Source: an uncultured Candidatus Rokubacteria bacterium (lineage in GTDB: Bacteria; Methylomirabilota; Methylomirabilia; Rokubacteriales; CSP1-6). Taken from it: a stretch of 64,000 nt of DNA. The DNA lies in NCBI GenBank assembly GCA_963771355.1, contig CAVYTA010000004.1:96001-160000 (forward strand). The letters are read 5' to 3'. Made by a program: the position numbers and the translations under genes. Under the pieces are notes generated by a model, which saw only the letters and a program-made list of their open reading frames with translations, was not told the DNA's origin and made no database searches. Positions 38,670-48,990 of this stretch are shown here, in pieces. The stretch's first letter is position 1. Each line of letters opens with the position of its first letter.

Positions 38670-39838
38670 CCGGCGAGCTCCTGCCCGGGGTGCCGCCGGC
38701 GGTCGACCGACTCATCGCCCACATCGCCGGGGCCATCAACGCGCGGTCGCTTTACGCCGGCACGCACCCCGCGGTGGCGGCTCACGTCGAGCGGCTCATC
38801 GAGAGCGTGGAGGCGGCCTGCGCGGAGCGGAAGAAAGACGCGCTCACCTTCCTCGTGGTGGGAGGGGATCTCGTCGTCGAGAACCAGCCGATGCGCAAGG
38901 GGGGGCTTCACCACGATCAGTTCATCCGTGTCCTCAGCCGGCGGGGCGTGGAGCGGCTGACCATTGCCCGCGGCGTGACCGCCGCCGAGTGCCTGGACTT
39001 TCTCACGCCGATGGTGGTGGGAGGCATTCCGCTGTCGAGCGAGCACATCATCGTGGGCCGGGTGGAGATGCGCCCAGCGGGCGGGGCGGGGGCGACAACG
39101 GCATCGCGTCCGGTGGACGCGGCCGGCGTCGAGCGGCTCTCCTCGGAGAGCGTGGACCGCGCGCGCGAGGCGTTCGGCCAGTTCCGCTCCGACCGGCGCG
39201 GGGGATTGGGGCGCCTCGAGGAGATCGTCTGGAGCCTCATGGAGGCGCTGTCCTCCGCCACGCGCGAGATCCTGCCCCTGGCGCCGCTGAAGACCCACGA
39301 CGACTACACCTTCGTCCACTCCGTCAACGTCTCGCTTCTCACCTTGGCCCAGGCGCGCGCGTTCGGCTTCGCGGGAGACGCGCTTCATGCCATCGGGGTC
39401 GCGGCGCTGCTGCACGACGTGGGCAAGCTCAGGATCCCCCTCGAGGTGCTCAACAAGCCGGGCAAGCTCGAGGGCGAGGAGTGGAACATCATGAAGAGCC
39501 ACGCCGAAGTGGGAGCGCTGCACCTGTGCGGGATCGAGGGGAGCTACCCCCTGGCCATTCTGGTGGCGTACGAGCACCACATGCGCTATGACGGCAAGCC
39601 GAACTACCCGGTGACGGCGGTGCCGCGGAAGCCGACCCTGGCCAGCCAGATGACGGCCATCTCGGACGTCTTCGACGCCCTCTGCACCACGCGGCCGTAC
39701 CACAAGGCGCGCGCGCGCTCCGTCGCGCTCGGGATCATCCGGGAGCGCGTGGGCACCTTCCATCACCCCGCATTGGTGGCGAACTTCGCGCGCATGATCG
39801 GCGCCGACGAGCCGGCGGCGACGCCCGAGACCCCCTAG
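38666..39838 (+). CDS. HD-GYP domain phosphodiesterase
   Basis: YTFVHS, LLHDVGK, EHHMRYDGKPNYP, DVFDAL...RPY; GTGA overlap. Confidence 0.9.
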   Translation: MTGELLPGVPPAVDRLIAHIAGAINARSLYAGTHPAVAAHVERLIESVEAACAERKKDALTFLVVGGDLVVENQPMRKGGLHHDQFIRVLSRRGVERLTIARGVTAAECLDFLTPMVVGGIPLSSEHIIVGRVEMRPAGGAGATTASRPVDAAGVERLSSESVDRAREAFGQFRSDRRGGLGRLEEIVWSLMEALSSATREILPLAPLKTHDDYTFVHSVNVSLLTLAQARAFGFAGDALHAIGVAALLHDVGKLRIPLEVLNKPGKLEGEEWNIMKSHAEVGALHLCGIEGSYPLAILVAYEHHMRYDGKPNYPVTAVPRKPTLASQMTAISDVFDALCTTRPYHKARARSVALGIIRERVGTFHHPALVANFARMIGADEPAATPETP

Positions 39839-40021
39839 CCGCTTGCGGCGGTCGACCACGGCTTCCATTCGCGCGACCGGCCAATGCTCCCGGGGGAGGC
39901 CCGGGCCCCGAGCCCGAAGCAAGTCCGGGACATTCATGCAATCAAGCATGCGATCAAGCACTTCGGGCGCTGGCCCCCTCCTTGCCCTGCGTCACGGCAA
40001 GTTTCGACAAGGAGGCCAGCG

Positions 40022-40303
40022 ATGCGGATCCGGACTCTCACGGTGGTGTTCGTGGCGGCGTCGGCGGCTCTGGCCGCCGGGCTGACGGAACGGCTGCAGA
40101 CGGAGCGCATGACGGTGCTCGAGGTGGATGAGGCGGCCGGCCGGTTCCAGTGCGCCGAGCACCGGCGCTGGACGACGGTGGCGAAGGACAGCATCGCCCC
40201 GGTGCGCACCGGCGATATCGTTCGCGTCGAGCGGCTCGGCAGCCATCCGGCGCGATTGATCGTGCTGCGGTCGGCGGCGGACGAGCTGGCGAGCCCCGAG
40301 TAG
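40022..40303 (+). CDS. Small exported hypothetical protein
   Basis: RBS AAGGAGG, signal-like N-terminus. Confidence 0.7.
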   Translation: MRIRTLTVVFVAASAALAAGLTERLQTERMTVLEVDEAAGRFQCAEHRRWTTVAKDSIAPVRTGDIVRVERLGSHPARLIVLRSAADELASPE

Positions 40304-40325
40304 CGGGGAGGGTGATCGGCGGCGG

Positions 40326-41078
40326 CTACTGCGCGGTCCAGCCTCCGTCGATCACCAGCTCGCTGCCGGTCACGAACCGCGACTCGTCGGAAGCGAGATA
40401 GAGCACGCCGTAGGCGACCTCCTCGGCCTCGCCGTAGCGGCCGAGCGGAATGCGCGAAGTCATGCGCGCGAAGATCGTGGGGTCGGCGCGGCGCCCCTCC
40501 GTCATCGGGGTGACGATGGGCCCGGGGTGCACGGAGTTGGCGCGAATGCGCTCCTTCGCGTACTGGAGCGCGGTCAGCTTGGTGAGGAGCCGCACCGCGC
40601 CCTTGGAGGCCTGGTACTGCGGGCTGCTGTCATCCATGCCGACCAGGCCGAGCTGCGAGGAGATGTTCACGATGGAGCCGCCGCCGGCCTGCCGAAGCGC
40701 CGGGATCGCGGCCCGGGTGCCGAGGAAGACGCCGGTAGCATTGACGTCCATCACCCGGTTCCAGTCCTCCAGCCGGGTATCCTCGAGTCGGCCGGCGCTG
40801 CCGATGCCGGCGTTGTTGACGAGGATGTCGAGCCGTTGGAAGCGGCTCACCGTTGTCTCCACCGCGCGCGGCCAGGCGCTCTCGCTGGTGACGTCGAGGG
40901 GGAGATACAGCGCCTGGCTGCCCGCCGCCGCCAGCTCGGCCTCCATCCGGCGTCCCTCGGCCTCGAGGAGGTCGCCGATCACCACCCGCGCGCCCTCGCG
41001 CGCGAAAAGCCGCGCGGTGGCGGCGCCGATTCCCCGCGCGCCCCCGCTGATCAGCGCGGTCTTCCCCTCCAGTCTCAT
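40326..41078 (-). CDS. Short-chain dehydrogenase/reductase
   Basis: SGGARGIG, NNAG, YQASK, NSVHPG. Confidence 0.93.
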   Translation of the reverse strand: MRLEGKTALISGGARGIGAATARLFAREGARVVIGDLLEAEGRRMEAELAAAGSQALYLPLDVTSESAWPRAVETTVSRFQRLDILVNNAGIGSAGRLEDTRLEDWNRVMDVNATGVFLGTRAAIPALRQAGGGSIVNISSQLGLVGMDDSSPQYQASKGAVRLLTKLTALQYAKERIRANSVHPGPIVTPMTEGRRADPTIFARMTSRIPLGRYGEAEEVAYGVLYLASDESRFVTGSELVIDGGWTAQ

Positions 41079-41095
41079 GACCTTAGGGCGCGGGG

Positions 41096-41536
41096 TCAGG
41101 CGGGGGACGTCGGGGGGAGCGCGGCCCGCACCGCGTCCACCACCTGCTGCAGGTCGTACGGCTTGCCGATGATCTCGATGGCCTCCGTCTCCCCGACCAG
41201 GTTATCGAGGGCGGGCTTGTTCGTGGTGGTGATGATGAACTGCCGGGTCTTCACGGGCTCCGAGCTGCGGACCAGGCGGAGAAAGGTCCAGTTGGCGTCG
41301 TAAGGCGGGGAGATGTCGTAGACGATCACCGAGGGCGCGTGGTCCTGGATGAACTCGATGAAGTCGAACTGGCCGCTCTTCACCTCCGGGATGTGACCGC
41401 TGACCGTCTGGAACCCCTGCCCCTCGAGCGCGGTGCGCAGCATGTCCACCGTATCCGAGCTGGAGTTGAACACGGCGATGACGGGTTTCCGGGCAGGGTG
41501 TCCGTCACGGGAAGGCAGGTCATTGTGTGCGCCCAC
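41096..41536 (-). CDS. Atypical single-domain response regulator (start uncertain)
   Basis: REC fold: IAVFNSS, IVYD, TTT, GKPYD. Confidence 0.75.
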   Translation of the reverse strand: MGAHNDLPSRDGHPARKPVIAVFNSSSDTVDMLRTALEGQGFQTVSGHIPEVKSGQFDFIEFIQDHAPSVIVYDISPPYDANWTFLRLVRSSEPVKTRQFIITTTNKPALDNLVGETEAIEIIGKPYDLQQVVDAVRAALPPTSPA

Positions 41537-41607
41537 GCGGTCCCCCACCCGGCAGAGCCTATCGTGTTCACCCGGCGGTGTCCAGGGGCGGAGCCCGCGG
41601 GAGAGGC

Positions 41608-43293
41608 TCATCCCGCGCGGCCCGCCAAGCTTGCGACGATGGCGGTCAATTCGTCGGGGTCGACCGGCTTGGAGACATGGATGTTGAAACCCGCCATGAG
41701 GCTCCGGATCCGGTCTTCCGGGCGGCCGAACGCGGTCAGCGCCACCGCCGGCGTCTTCCCGCCCCGCTCCGGGGAGAGCGCGCGGATCTTGCGAATGAGC
41801 GTGTAGCCGTCCTCGCCCGGCATCTCGATGTCGGACACGAGCACGTCCGGGCGCCACTGCTCGAGCATGCGGAGCGCCTCCTCCGCCGTCACCGTGCCCC
41901 GAACTTCTCCGCCCGCCTGGGCCAGCACCTCCTGCACCAGCTCCACCGCGGCCGGATCGTCATCGACCACCAGGATGCGGATGCCGACCAGGGAAGGACT
42001 CTCGGGAGGCCCGCCCTTGGCCTGCGCCACCGCGTGCTCGCGGACCCCGGCCACCATCAGGGGCAGCTTCACGACGAAGGTGGCGCCCAGCCCTGGGCCC
42101 GGGCTCTCCGCGAAGACGCTGCCGCCGTGCAGCTCGGCGATGTGGCGAACCAGCGCGAGACCGATGCCCAGTCCCCCATGCGCTCGGCTGCGGGTGCTGT
42201 CTCCCTGGCGCAAGCGATCGAAGATATAGGGCAGGAGCTCCGCGCTGATACCTTGTCCCGTATCGTTCACGACGATCTCGACGTGGGACATGACGTGCTG
42301 AAGCTTGACCAGGACACGGCCCTGCTTCGGCGTGAACTTGACCGCGTTGTACAGCAGGTTCCACACCACTTGCTGGAGCCGACCGGGATCGCCGCTCACC
42401 TGCGCCCCCGGCGAGTCGAGCACCGACTGCAGCTGGATGCCCTTTGCATCCGCTCCCGGCCGGACGGCATCCAGCGCCTCTCCGATGACGTCCGCGACAT
42501 TGACCGGCTGGATGGCCAGCCGCATCCTCCCGCTCACGACGCTCGACATGTCCAGGAGATCGTCGACGAGCCGGACCTGCACCTCGACATTGCGCAGGAT
42601 GATCGCGATCGCTCGGCGTGACTGCTCCTCGCCGAGCTTGCCCGCCTCGAGCAGTCTCGCCCACCCCGACACCGCGTTGAGCGGGTTCCGCAGCTCGTGG
42701 GACAGGGTCATCAGGAACTCGTCCTTCGCCCGGGTCGCCGCTTCGGTGGCGCGGTTCGCCGCCTCGGTGTCTCGCTGCAGATCCGCGCTGTGGAGCGCGA
42801 GCGCGACCTGACCCGCCACCACCTCGGCCGTTCCCACGTCCACGCGATCGTAGGAACCGGCCGACTCCGTCATCGCGAAGGTGATGGCGCCGAGGACGCG
42901 GTCGCGGGCAGTCAGGGGCAGGACGAGCCACGCGCGCGGGCTCAGCTGCTGGAGGCGCCTGAGCTGATCGGCGTTCTGCGCTTCCGTCATGAAGTCGGTC
43001 TCGGTGGCCCCGGAGACCATGACGGGCCGCCCGGAGCGGAGGGCCGCCCGCACGCCAATGGGTGTCTCGTACACGAGGGCTTCTTTCGCCTCGTCCCGGT
43101 GCGTGCAGGCGACGCGGCTGGGGGTGCCGTCCGCGCCGAGGATGTCGATGGCGCACAGGTCGCCCAGGACGGGGACCGCGAGGCGAACGAGCCGGGACAG
43201 CGTGCGGTCACGTCCGAGCGTGGAGGCGAGCAGCGCGCCCACCTCGGCCAGAAGGGACAGACGGCCTTCCAGGGATCGTCGGGAGCGCGTCAT
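41608..43293 (-). CDS. Hybrid histidine kinase (GAF-HisKA-HATPase-REC)
   Basis: LSHELRNP, NLLYNAVKFT, GGLGIGL, VVDDD..SDIEMP..SKP. Confidence 0.92.
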   Translation of the reverse strand: MTRSRRSLEGRLSLLAEVGALLASTLGRDRTLSRLVRLAVPVLGDLCAIDILGADGTPSRVACTHRDEAKEALVYETPIGVRAALRSGRPVMVSGATETDFMTEAQNADQLRRLQQLSPRAWLVLPLTARDRVLGAITFAMTESAGSYDRVDVGTAEVVAGQVALALHSADLQRDTEAANRATEAATRAKDEFLMTLSHELRNPLNAVSGWARLLEAGKLGEEQSRRAIAIILRNVEVQVRLVDDLLDMSSVVSGRMRLAIQPVNVADVIGEALDAVRPGADAKGIQLQSVLDSPGAQVSGDPGRLQQVVWNLLYNAVKFTPKQGRVLVKLQHVMSHVEIVVNDTGQGISAELLPYIFDRLRQGDSTRSRAHGGLGIGLALVRHIAELHGGSVFAESPGPGLGATFVVKLPLMVAGVREHAVAQAKGGPPESPSLVGIRILVVDDDPAAVELVQEVLAQAGGEVRGTVTAEEALRMLEQWRPDVLVSDIEMPGEDGYTLIRKIRALSPERGGKTPAVALTAFGRPEDRIRSLMAGFNIHVSKPVDPDELTAIVASLAGRAG

Positions 43294-43566
43294 ACCAATT
43301 GGCCAGTGTGGTGGAGAGCAATCGAGATGCCGACCGCTCGGTGGAGGGGCGGTCCCAGCGCAAAGCCGCGAATCTTCCGCCATCCTGGTGTGGAGCGGAG
43401 GCCGCGGTTCGCTCAATCCAGGGAAAATATACTGCGTAAGAACCGACATTCACCGGGCTCGAAGGGGGGACTTGCCGTGCGGGGCCGTCCCGGGGTACGG
43501 TCGGGGCGTCGTCGTTGTCCTTCGTACCGGCCTTCCCACAGGCGTTTCGAACGGAGGAGCAAGCCA

Positions 43567-45153
43567 ATGAAGCGAGCGGAGCGTCGCCTCCCGAGGGTGT
43601 TGCTCTTCCTGATCGCCGCGCTCCTGGTCCTGCCCGGATCGAGCGGGGCACAGGCCAAGCCCGATCTCACCATCGCCCTGTCGAGCTTCGCCACCGAGAC
43701 GCTCGATCCGGCGCTGGGCGGGCACCTCGTCAAGTACTACCTCTCCATGATGTTCGACTATCTCGTGGGCACCACGCCCGGACGGCGTGCCCTCGCGCGA
43801 GGGCGGCCTGGCCACGCGCTGGGAGAGCTCGCCCGACCACAAGCGCTGGACCTTCCACCTGCGCCGGGGCGTGAAGTTCCACAACGGCGACGAGTGACGT
43901 CGGAGGACGTGAAGTTCAGCCTCGAGCGCGCGGCGGGGAAGCGGTCCACTACCGGCTATGCGGGCATCCTCCGCACGCTGGTGGCGAGCATCGAGACGCC
44001 GGCGCCCGACCGGTTGGTGATCGTCACCAAGGAGCCGACCCTCATCGTCCCGAACTACCTCTCGCGCGCGCTCTCCACCGAGGGCATGGTGCTGCCGAAG
44101 AAATACATCGAGGCCAACGGAGACGACGGCTTCGCGCGCAAGCCGGTGGGCAGCGGCCCCTACAAGTTCGTGGAGCAGGTGACGGGTTCGCATATCGGCT
44201 CACCGCGGTGGACAGCCACTGGCGGATCGGGACGCCCAAGTACAAGAACATGCTGTTCCGGCTGGTGTCCGAGGAGACGACGCGGATCGCGCTGCTGCGC
44301 CGGGGTGAGGTGGATGTCACCGAGGTGAGCCGCGAGCGCGTCAAGGAGCTGGAGAGGGAGAGCTTTCCTATCCACTTCCGCCGGGAAGAGGCCATCCTCT
44401 CCATGTGGTGGGTCATGGGCCCGGACGGCATGATCCCGCCGATGAAGGACAAGCGGGTACGCGAGGCGATGAACCTCGCCGTCGACCGGACGGAGATCGC
44501 GCAGTCCATCTTCGCGGGTAGCGCGGAGCCCGCCGCCATCCCCCTGGGGCTGTCATGGTCCTTCAAGGAGATCGGGCTCAAGGTCACCCCCGACATGGCT
44601 ATCCCTACGACCCGGTGCGGGCCAAGAAGCTCCTGGCCGACGCGGGGCAGGGGACCGGCTTCAGCACCGACGTCTACGCCTATCAGCTCCCCGGGCTGCC
44701 CGAGGGCAAGGCCTTCGCGGAGGCGGTGAGCGGCGTACTGGGAGAAGATCGGGATCAAGGTCAAGCTGATCCCGGTAGACTATCCCGCCTTCCGCAAGAA
44801 CTGGGTGGACCGGAAGACGCCGGGTGCGATCGGCTACTTCAATATCGCCAACCGCGACTGGATGGGCACCTACGCCCTCATGGAGAAGATGGCCTACTCG
44901 CCGTCCAAGCCCAACGACACCGTGAACGACCCCGAGGTGGACGGGATGATCGCCCAGGTCATCAAGCCAGACCGACCGGGAGAAGATCAACGCGCTCATG
45001 CGGGGCATCTTCACACGGATCCGCGAGCGAGCATCTCGGCATGCCCATCGTCTACCTCCACTCGCCCTACGCGGCGTCCAAGAAGCTCGGGAAGTGGAAT
45101 CCGGGAACGTCATGTACGATCTCTTCTTCGACGAGCTCGCCTCGGGGAAGTAA
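43567..45153 (+). CDS. Peptide/nickel ABC substrate-binding protein, multiple frameshifts
   Basis: [39 protein letters not shown] spread over several frames. Confidence 0.8.
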
Positions 45154-45166
45154 GCGACCGTAGCGC

Positions 45167-46087
45167 TTGATTCGCTTCGTCTTCTCGAGGGTGCTGCAGT
45201 CGCTGGTGGCCCTGGCCATTCTGTCGGTCGTCGTCTTCATCCTCGCCAGGGCCACCGGCGATCCCCTCCAGCTCATCCTGCCCATGTCGGCGACCCCGGA
45301 AGACTACGCCGACGCCCGCCAGCTATCTCGGCCTGGATCGGCCTTACGTCGAGCAGTACCTCGCCTTCGTGGGCCGGGCGGTGACCGGCGACTTCGGCAA
45401 TTCGCTCCGCGCCCGCCGGCCGGTGATCGAGCTCATCCAGGAGCGCCTGCCCAACTCGCTGCGTCTGGCCGCCTTCGCCATGGGGATCTCGCTCGCCATC
45501 GCGTTTCCGCTGGGTGTCCTCGCCGCGGTGAAGAAAGGGACCGGGCTCGACCGGACCGCGCAGATGATTGCCGTGCTCGGGCAATCGCTCCCGACCTTCT
45601 GGGTGGCCATCGTGCTGGTGGAGGTGGTGGCGGGGCGGTCCAGTGGCTGCCCGCCGGGGGAAGCGACGGCTTCGCCAGCTATGTCCTGCCCGGCTTCACC
45701 CTGGGCTGGTTCGTGGTGGCGGGCATGATGCGGCTCCTGCGCTCGGGCATGCTGGAGGTGCTGGATTCGGAGTACGTCAAGCTCGCACGCGTGAAGGGCG
45801 TGGTCGAGCATCGCGTGGTGTGGATGCACGCGCTCAAGAACGCGCTCATCCCGGTGGTAACCTTCGCCGGCATCTACTTCTCCATCCTGGTGACGACCGC
45901 CATCGTGGTGGAGACCGTGTTCGCCTGGCCCGGGCTCGGCCGGCTGGCCTATGAAGGCATCAGCTCGCGGGACTTCCCGGTGATCCAGGCGGTGGTGCTC
46001 ACCACCGCCGCCATCGTGGCGGTGGTGAATCTCGGCGTGGACTGCCTCTACGCCGTCATCGATCCGCGGATCCGCCATGCCCGCTGA
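45167..46087 (+). CDS. Peptide ABC permease (DppB-like), internal frameshifts
   Basis: EVLDSEYVKLARVKG, VETVFAWPGLG, DPRIR. Confidence 0.85.
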   Translation: MIRFVFSRVLQSLVALAILSVVVFILARATGDPLQLILPMSATPEDYADARQLSRPGSALRRAVPRLRGPGGDRRLRQFAPRPPAGDRAHPGAPAQLAASGRLRHGDLARHRVSAGCPRRGEERDRARPDRADDCRARAIAPDLLGGHRAGGGGGGAVQWLPAGGSDGFASYVLPGFTLGWFVVAGMMRLLRSGMLEVLDSEYVKLARVKGVVEHRVVWMHALKNALIPVVTFAGIYFSILVTTAIVVETVFAWPGLGRLAYEGISSRDFPVIQAVVLTTAAIVAVVNLGVDCLYAVIDPRIRHAR

Positions 46088-46985
46088 GCCCTTGACGAGG
46101 CGGCCCGCTGTGCGCGCCCCGGACGTCGCCGCGCGGCCCGGGACGCAGGCCGCGCGCGCGCGTCGCCTGCCGGTGGTGTCGCTGGGCATCATCTCGCTGT
46201 TCGTCCTGGTGGCGATCCTGGCGCCGTTGCTCAGCCGCGTCGATCCGCAGGAGCCAGTCGCTGCGGAACCGTTTCAAGCCGCCGGTGTGGATGGAGGGCG
46301 GGTCGTCCAAGCACCTCCTGGGCACCGACCGGCTGGGCCGTGACATGCTCTCGCGCATCATCTGGGGCTCGCGCGTGTCCCTGGCCGCGGGCGTGGTCAC
46401 CGTGCTCCTCGCCAGCGCCTTCGGCGCGGCGGTGGGCCTGGTGGCCGGCTACCACGGCGGGACGGTGGACGCGGTGCTGATGCGCGCCACCGATGCGACC
46501 ATGTCGTTCCCGGTGATCCTGCTCGCGCTCATCCTGGCGGTGACGGTGGGCCCGAGCTTCACCAACGTGGTGGTGGCCATCGCGGTGATCCTCTGGGCCC
46601 GCTATGCGCGCGTGATCCGCGGCCAGGTGCTGACCCTGATGGGGCTCGACTTCATCGCCCAGGCCCGCATCGCGGGAGCGGGCGGCTGGCGCATCATCAC
46701 CCGGCACCTCCTCCCGAACACGCTGAATACGCTCGTGGTGCTGGTGACGCTCCAGATCGGCTACGTGATCATCGTGGAGGCGTCGCTGTCCTTCCTCGGC
46801 GCCGGCATCCCCCCGCCCACCCCGGCCTGGGGCTCCATGATCTCCGAAGGGCGTGAGTTCGTGACGAGCGCCTGGTGGGTGTCGGGCCTGCCCGGGCCTC
46901 GCGATCCTGCTGGTCGTCCTCGCCTTCAATCTGCTCGGGGACTGGCTGCGCGACACTCTGGATCCCGAAGCTGCGCCAGCTCTGA
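46077..46985 (+). CDS. Peptide ABC permease (DppC-like), internal frameshifts
   Basis: LLGTDRLGRD, EASLSFLG, AFNLLGDWLRD.LDP. Confidence 0.85.
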
Positions 46986-46999
46986 TCCCGGCTCCGCCC

Positions 47000-47990
47000 G
47001 TGTCCGCCCCCGTCATCGAGGTGCGCGATCTCCGCACCCACCTGGTGACCCGCTGGGGCACCATCCGGGCGGTCGACGGCGTGTCCTTCAGCGTGGCGGA
47101 GGGCGAGACGCTCGGTCTGGTGGGCGAGTCCGGCTCCGGCAAGAGCATGACCTGCTTGAGCCTCGTGCGACTGACGCCCGCGACCGCGGCCTCGCGGATC
47201 GTGGGCGGCGCGGTGCTGCCTCGACGGCGACGAGCTCGCCACCAAGAGCGAGAAGCCGAGATGCAGCGGATCCGCGGCCGGAAGATCGCCATGATCCTCC
47301 AGGACCCGATGAGCTCGCTCAACCCCGTGTTCTCCGTGGGGATGCAGGTGCGCGAGCCGCTCACCATGTACCACGGCCTGCGCGGCGCCACCCTGACCGA
47401 GCGGGCCGCCGCGCTGCTCGCCTCGGTGCGCATGCCGTCCCCGGCGGCGCGGCTGCGCGCCTTTCCCTATCAGCTCTCCGGCGGCATGCGCCAGCGGGTG
47501 GTGGGTGCCATGGCCATCGCGGCGCCGCCGCGCCTCCTCATCGCCGACGAGCCCACCACGAGCCTCGACCTCACCATCCAGGCCCAGTATCTCGGTCTGC
47601 TCGAGGAGCTCCAGGACCGGCACCGCCTCGCCATGATCTTCATCACCCACAACCTCGGGATCGTGTCGCGCATCTGCGACCGGGTGGCGGTGATGTACGC
47701 GGGGCGTATCGTCGAGTCGGGGCCGGTGCGCCGGATCTTCACCGCTCCCGCGCATCCGTATACCCAGGCGCTCCTCGAGTCGATTCCGCGGCTCGGCGAC
47801 CGGACCGACCGCCTCACCGCCATCGAGGGCCAGCCGCCCGATCTCACGCGGCTTCCAGGTGGTTGCTCTTTCGCGCCACGGTGCGTCCGGGTGATGGACC
47901 GGTGTCGCGTGGAGGCGCCGCCCGGAGTTCGCGGCGGGGCCGGGGCAGGTGGCCCGGTGCTGGCTGTGGGCGCCCGGCGGGAGCGTGACG
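47000..47990 (+). CDS. Peptide ABC ATPase (DppD-like), internal frameshifts; end approximate
   Basis: GESGSGKS, LSGGMRQR, ADEPTT, HPYT. Confidence 0.85.
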
Positions 47991-47993
47991 GCC

Positions 47994-48990
47994 GTGAGCC
48001 CCGCCGTCTCCGCTTCTCGAGGCCTCCGGCCTGGTGAAGCATTTCCCCGTGCGGCGCGGCCTCATGGGCTGGTCGACCGCGGTGGTGCGCGCGGTGGACT
48101 CCGTCTCGTTCACGATCCCGGCGGGGACCACGCTGGGGCTGGTGGGGGAGTCGGGCTGCGGCAAGACCACCACGTCCAAGATGGTGCTCGGGCTGGAGCG
48201 GCCCACCGCGGGGGCCATCCGCTTCGAGGGCGCGGACGTGGCCACGCTGGAGCGGGGCGGGCGCCGGGCCTATCGCCGTGCGGTGCAGGCGGTGTTCCAG
48301 GATCCCTACGCCTCGCTGGATCCGCGCATGCGGGTGGGGACGATCATCGCCGAGCCGCTGGTGATCAACGAGCGGCTCGGGGCGGCGGAGCGCCGCCGGC
48401 GGGTGCGAGAGCTCCTGGACCTCGTGGCCCTGCCCGAGCGCTCGGCCGACCTCTACCCCCACGAGTTCTCGGGCGGGCAGCGCCAGCGCATCGCCATCGC
48501 CCGCGCGCTGGCGCTGTCCCCGCGGCTCATCGTGCTGGACGAGCCGGTGTCCGCGCTCGACGTCTCGATTCGCGCGCAAATTCTCAACCTGCTCCGCGAC
48601 ATCCAGAAGCGGCTGGGCGTGGCCTACCTCTTCATCGCCCACGACCTCGCCGCGGTGGCGCACATGAGCCACAGCATCGCGGTGATGTATCTCGGCAAGA
48701 TCGTCGAGTGGGGGGAGGCGGCGGAGGTGGCGCTCGCGCCCCAGCACCCGTACACGCGGGCGCTCTTCGCGGCGGCGCTGCCCATCGATCTCGATCGGCC
48801 CCGCGAGGAGATCACGCTGGCCGGGGAAGTCCCGAGCGCGATGGCGCCCCCGGACGGCTGCCGCTTTCACCCGCGCTGCCCGCAGGCCATGGCTCGCTGC
48901 GCCACCGAGGAGCCCCGGCTCCAGGTCGTCGGCGGCCGGCTCGTCGCCTGCCACCTCTTCGACGAGGATCCCGCCCGCCGGTCCCGCTGA
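47994..48990 (+). CDS. Peptide ABC ATPase (DppF-like); start approximate
   Basis: GESGCGKT, FSGGQRQR, DEPVSALD, GCRFHPRC. Confidence 0.88.
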
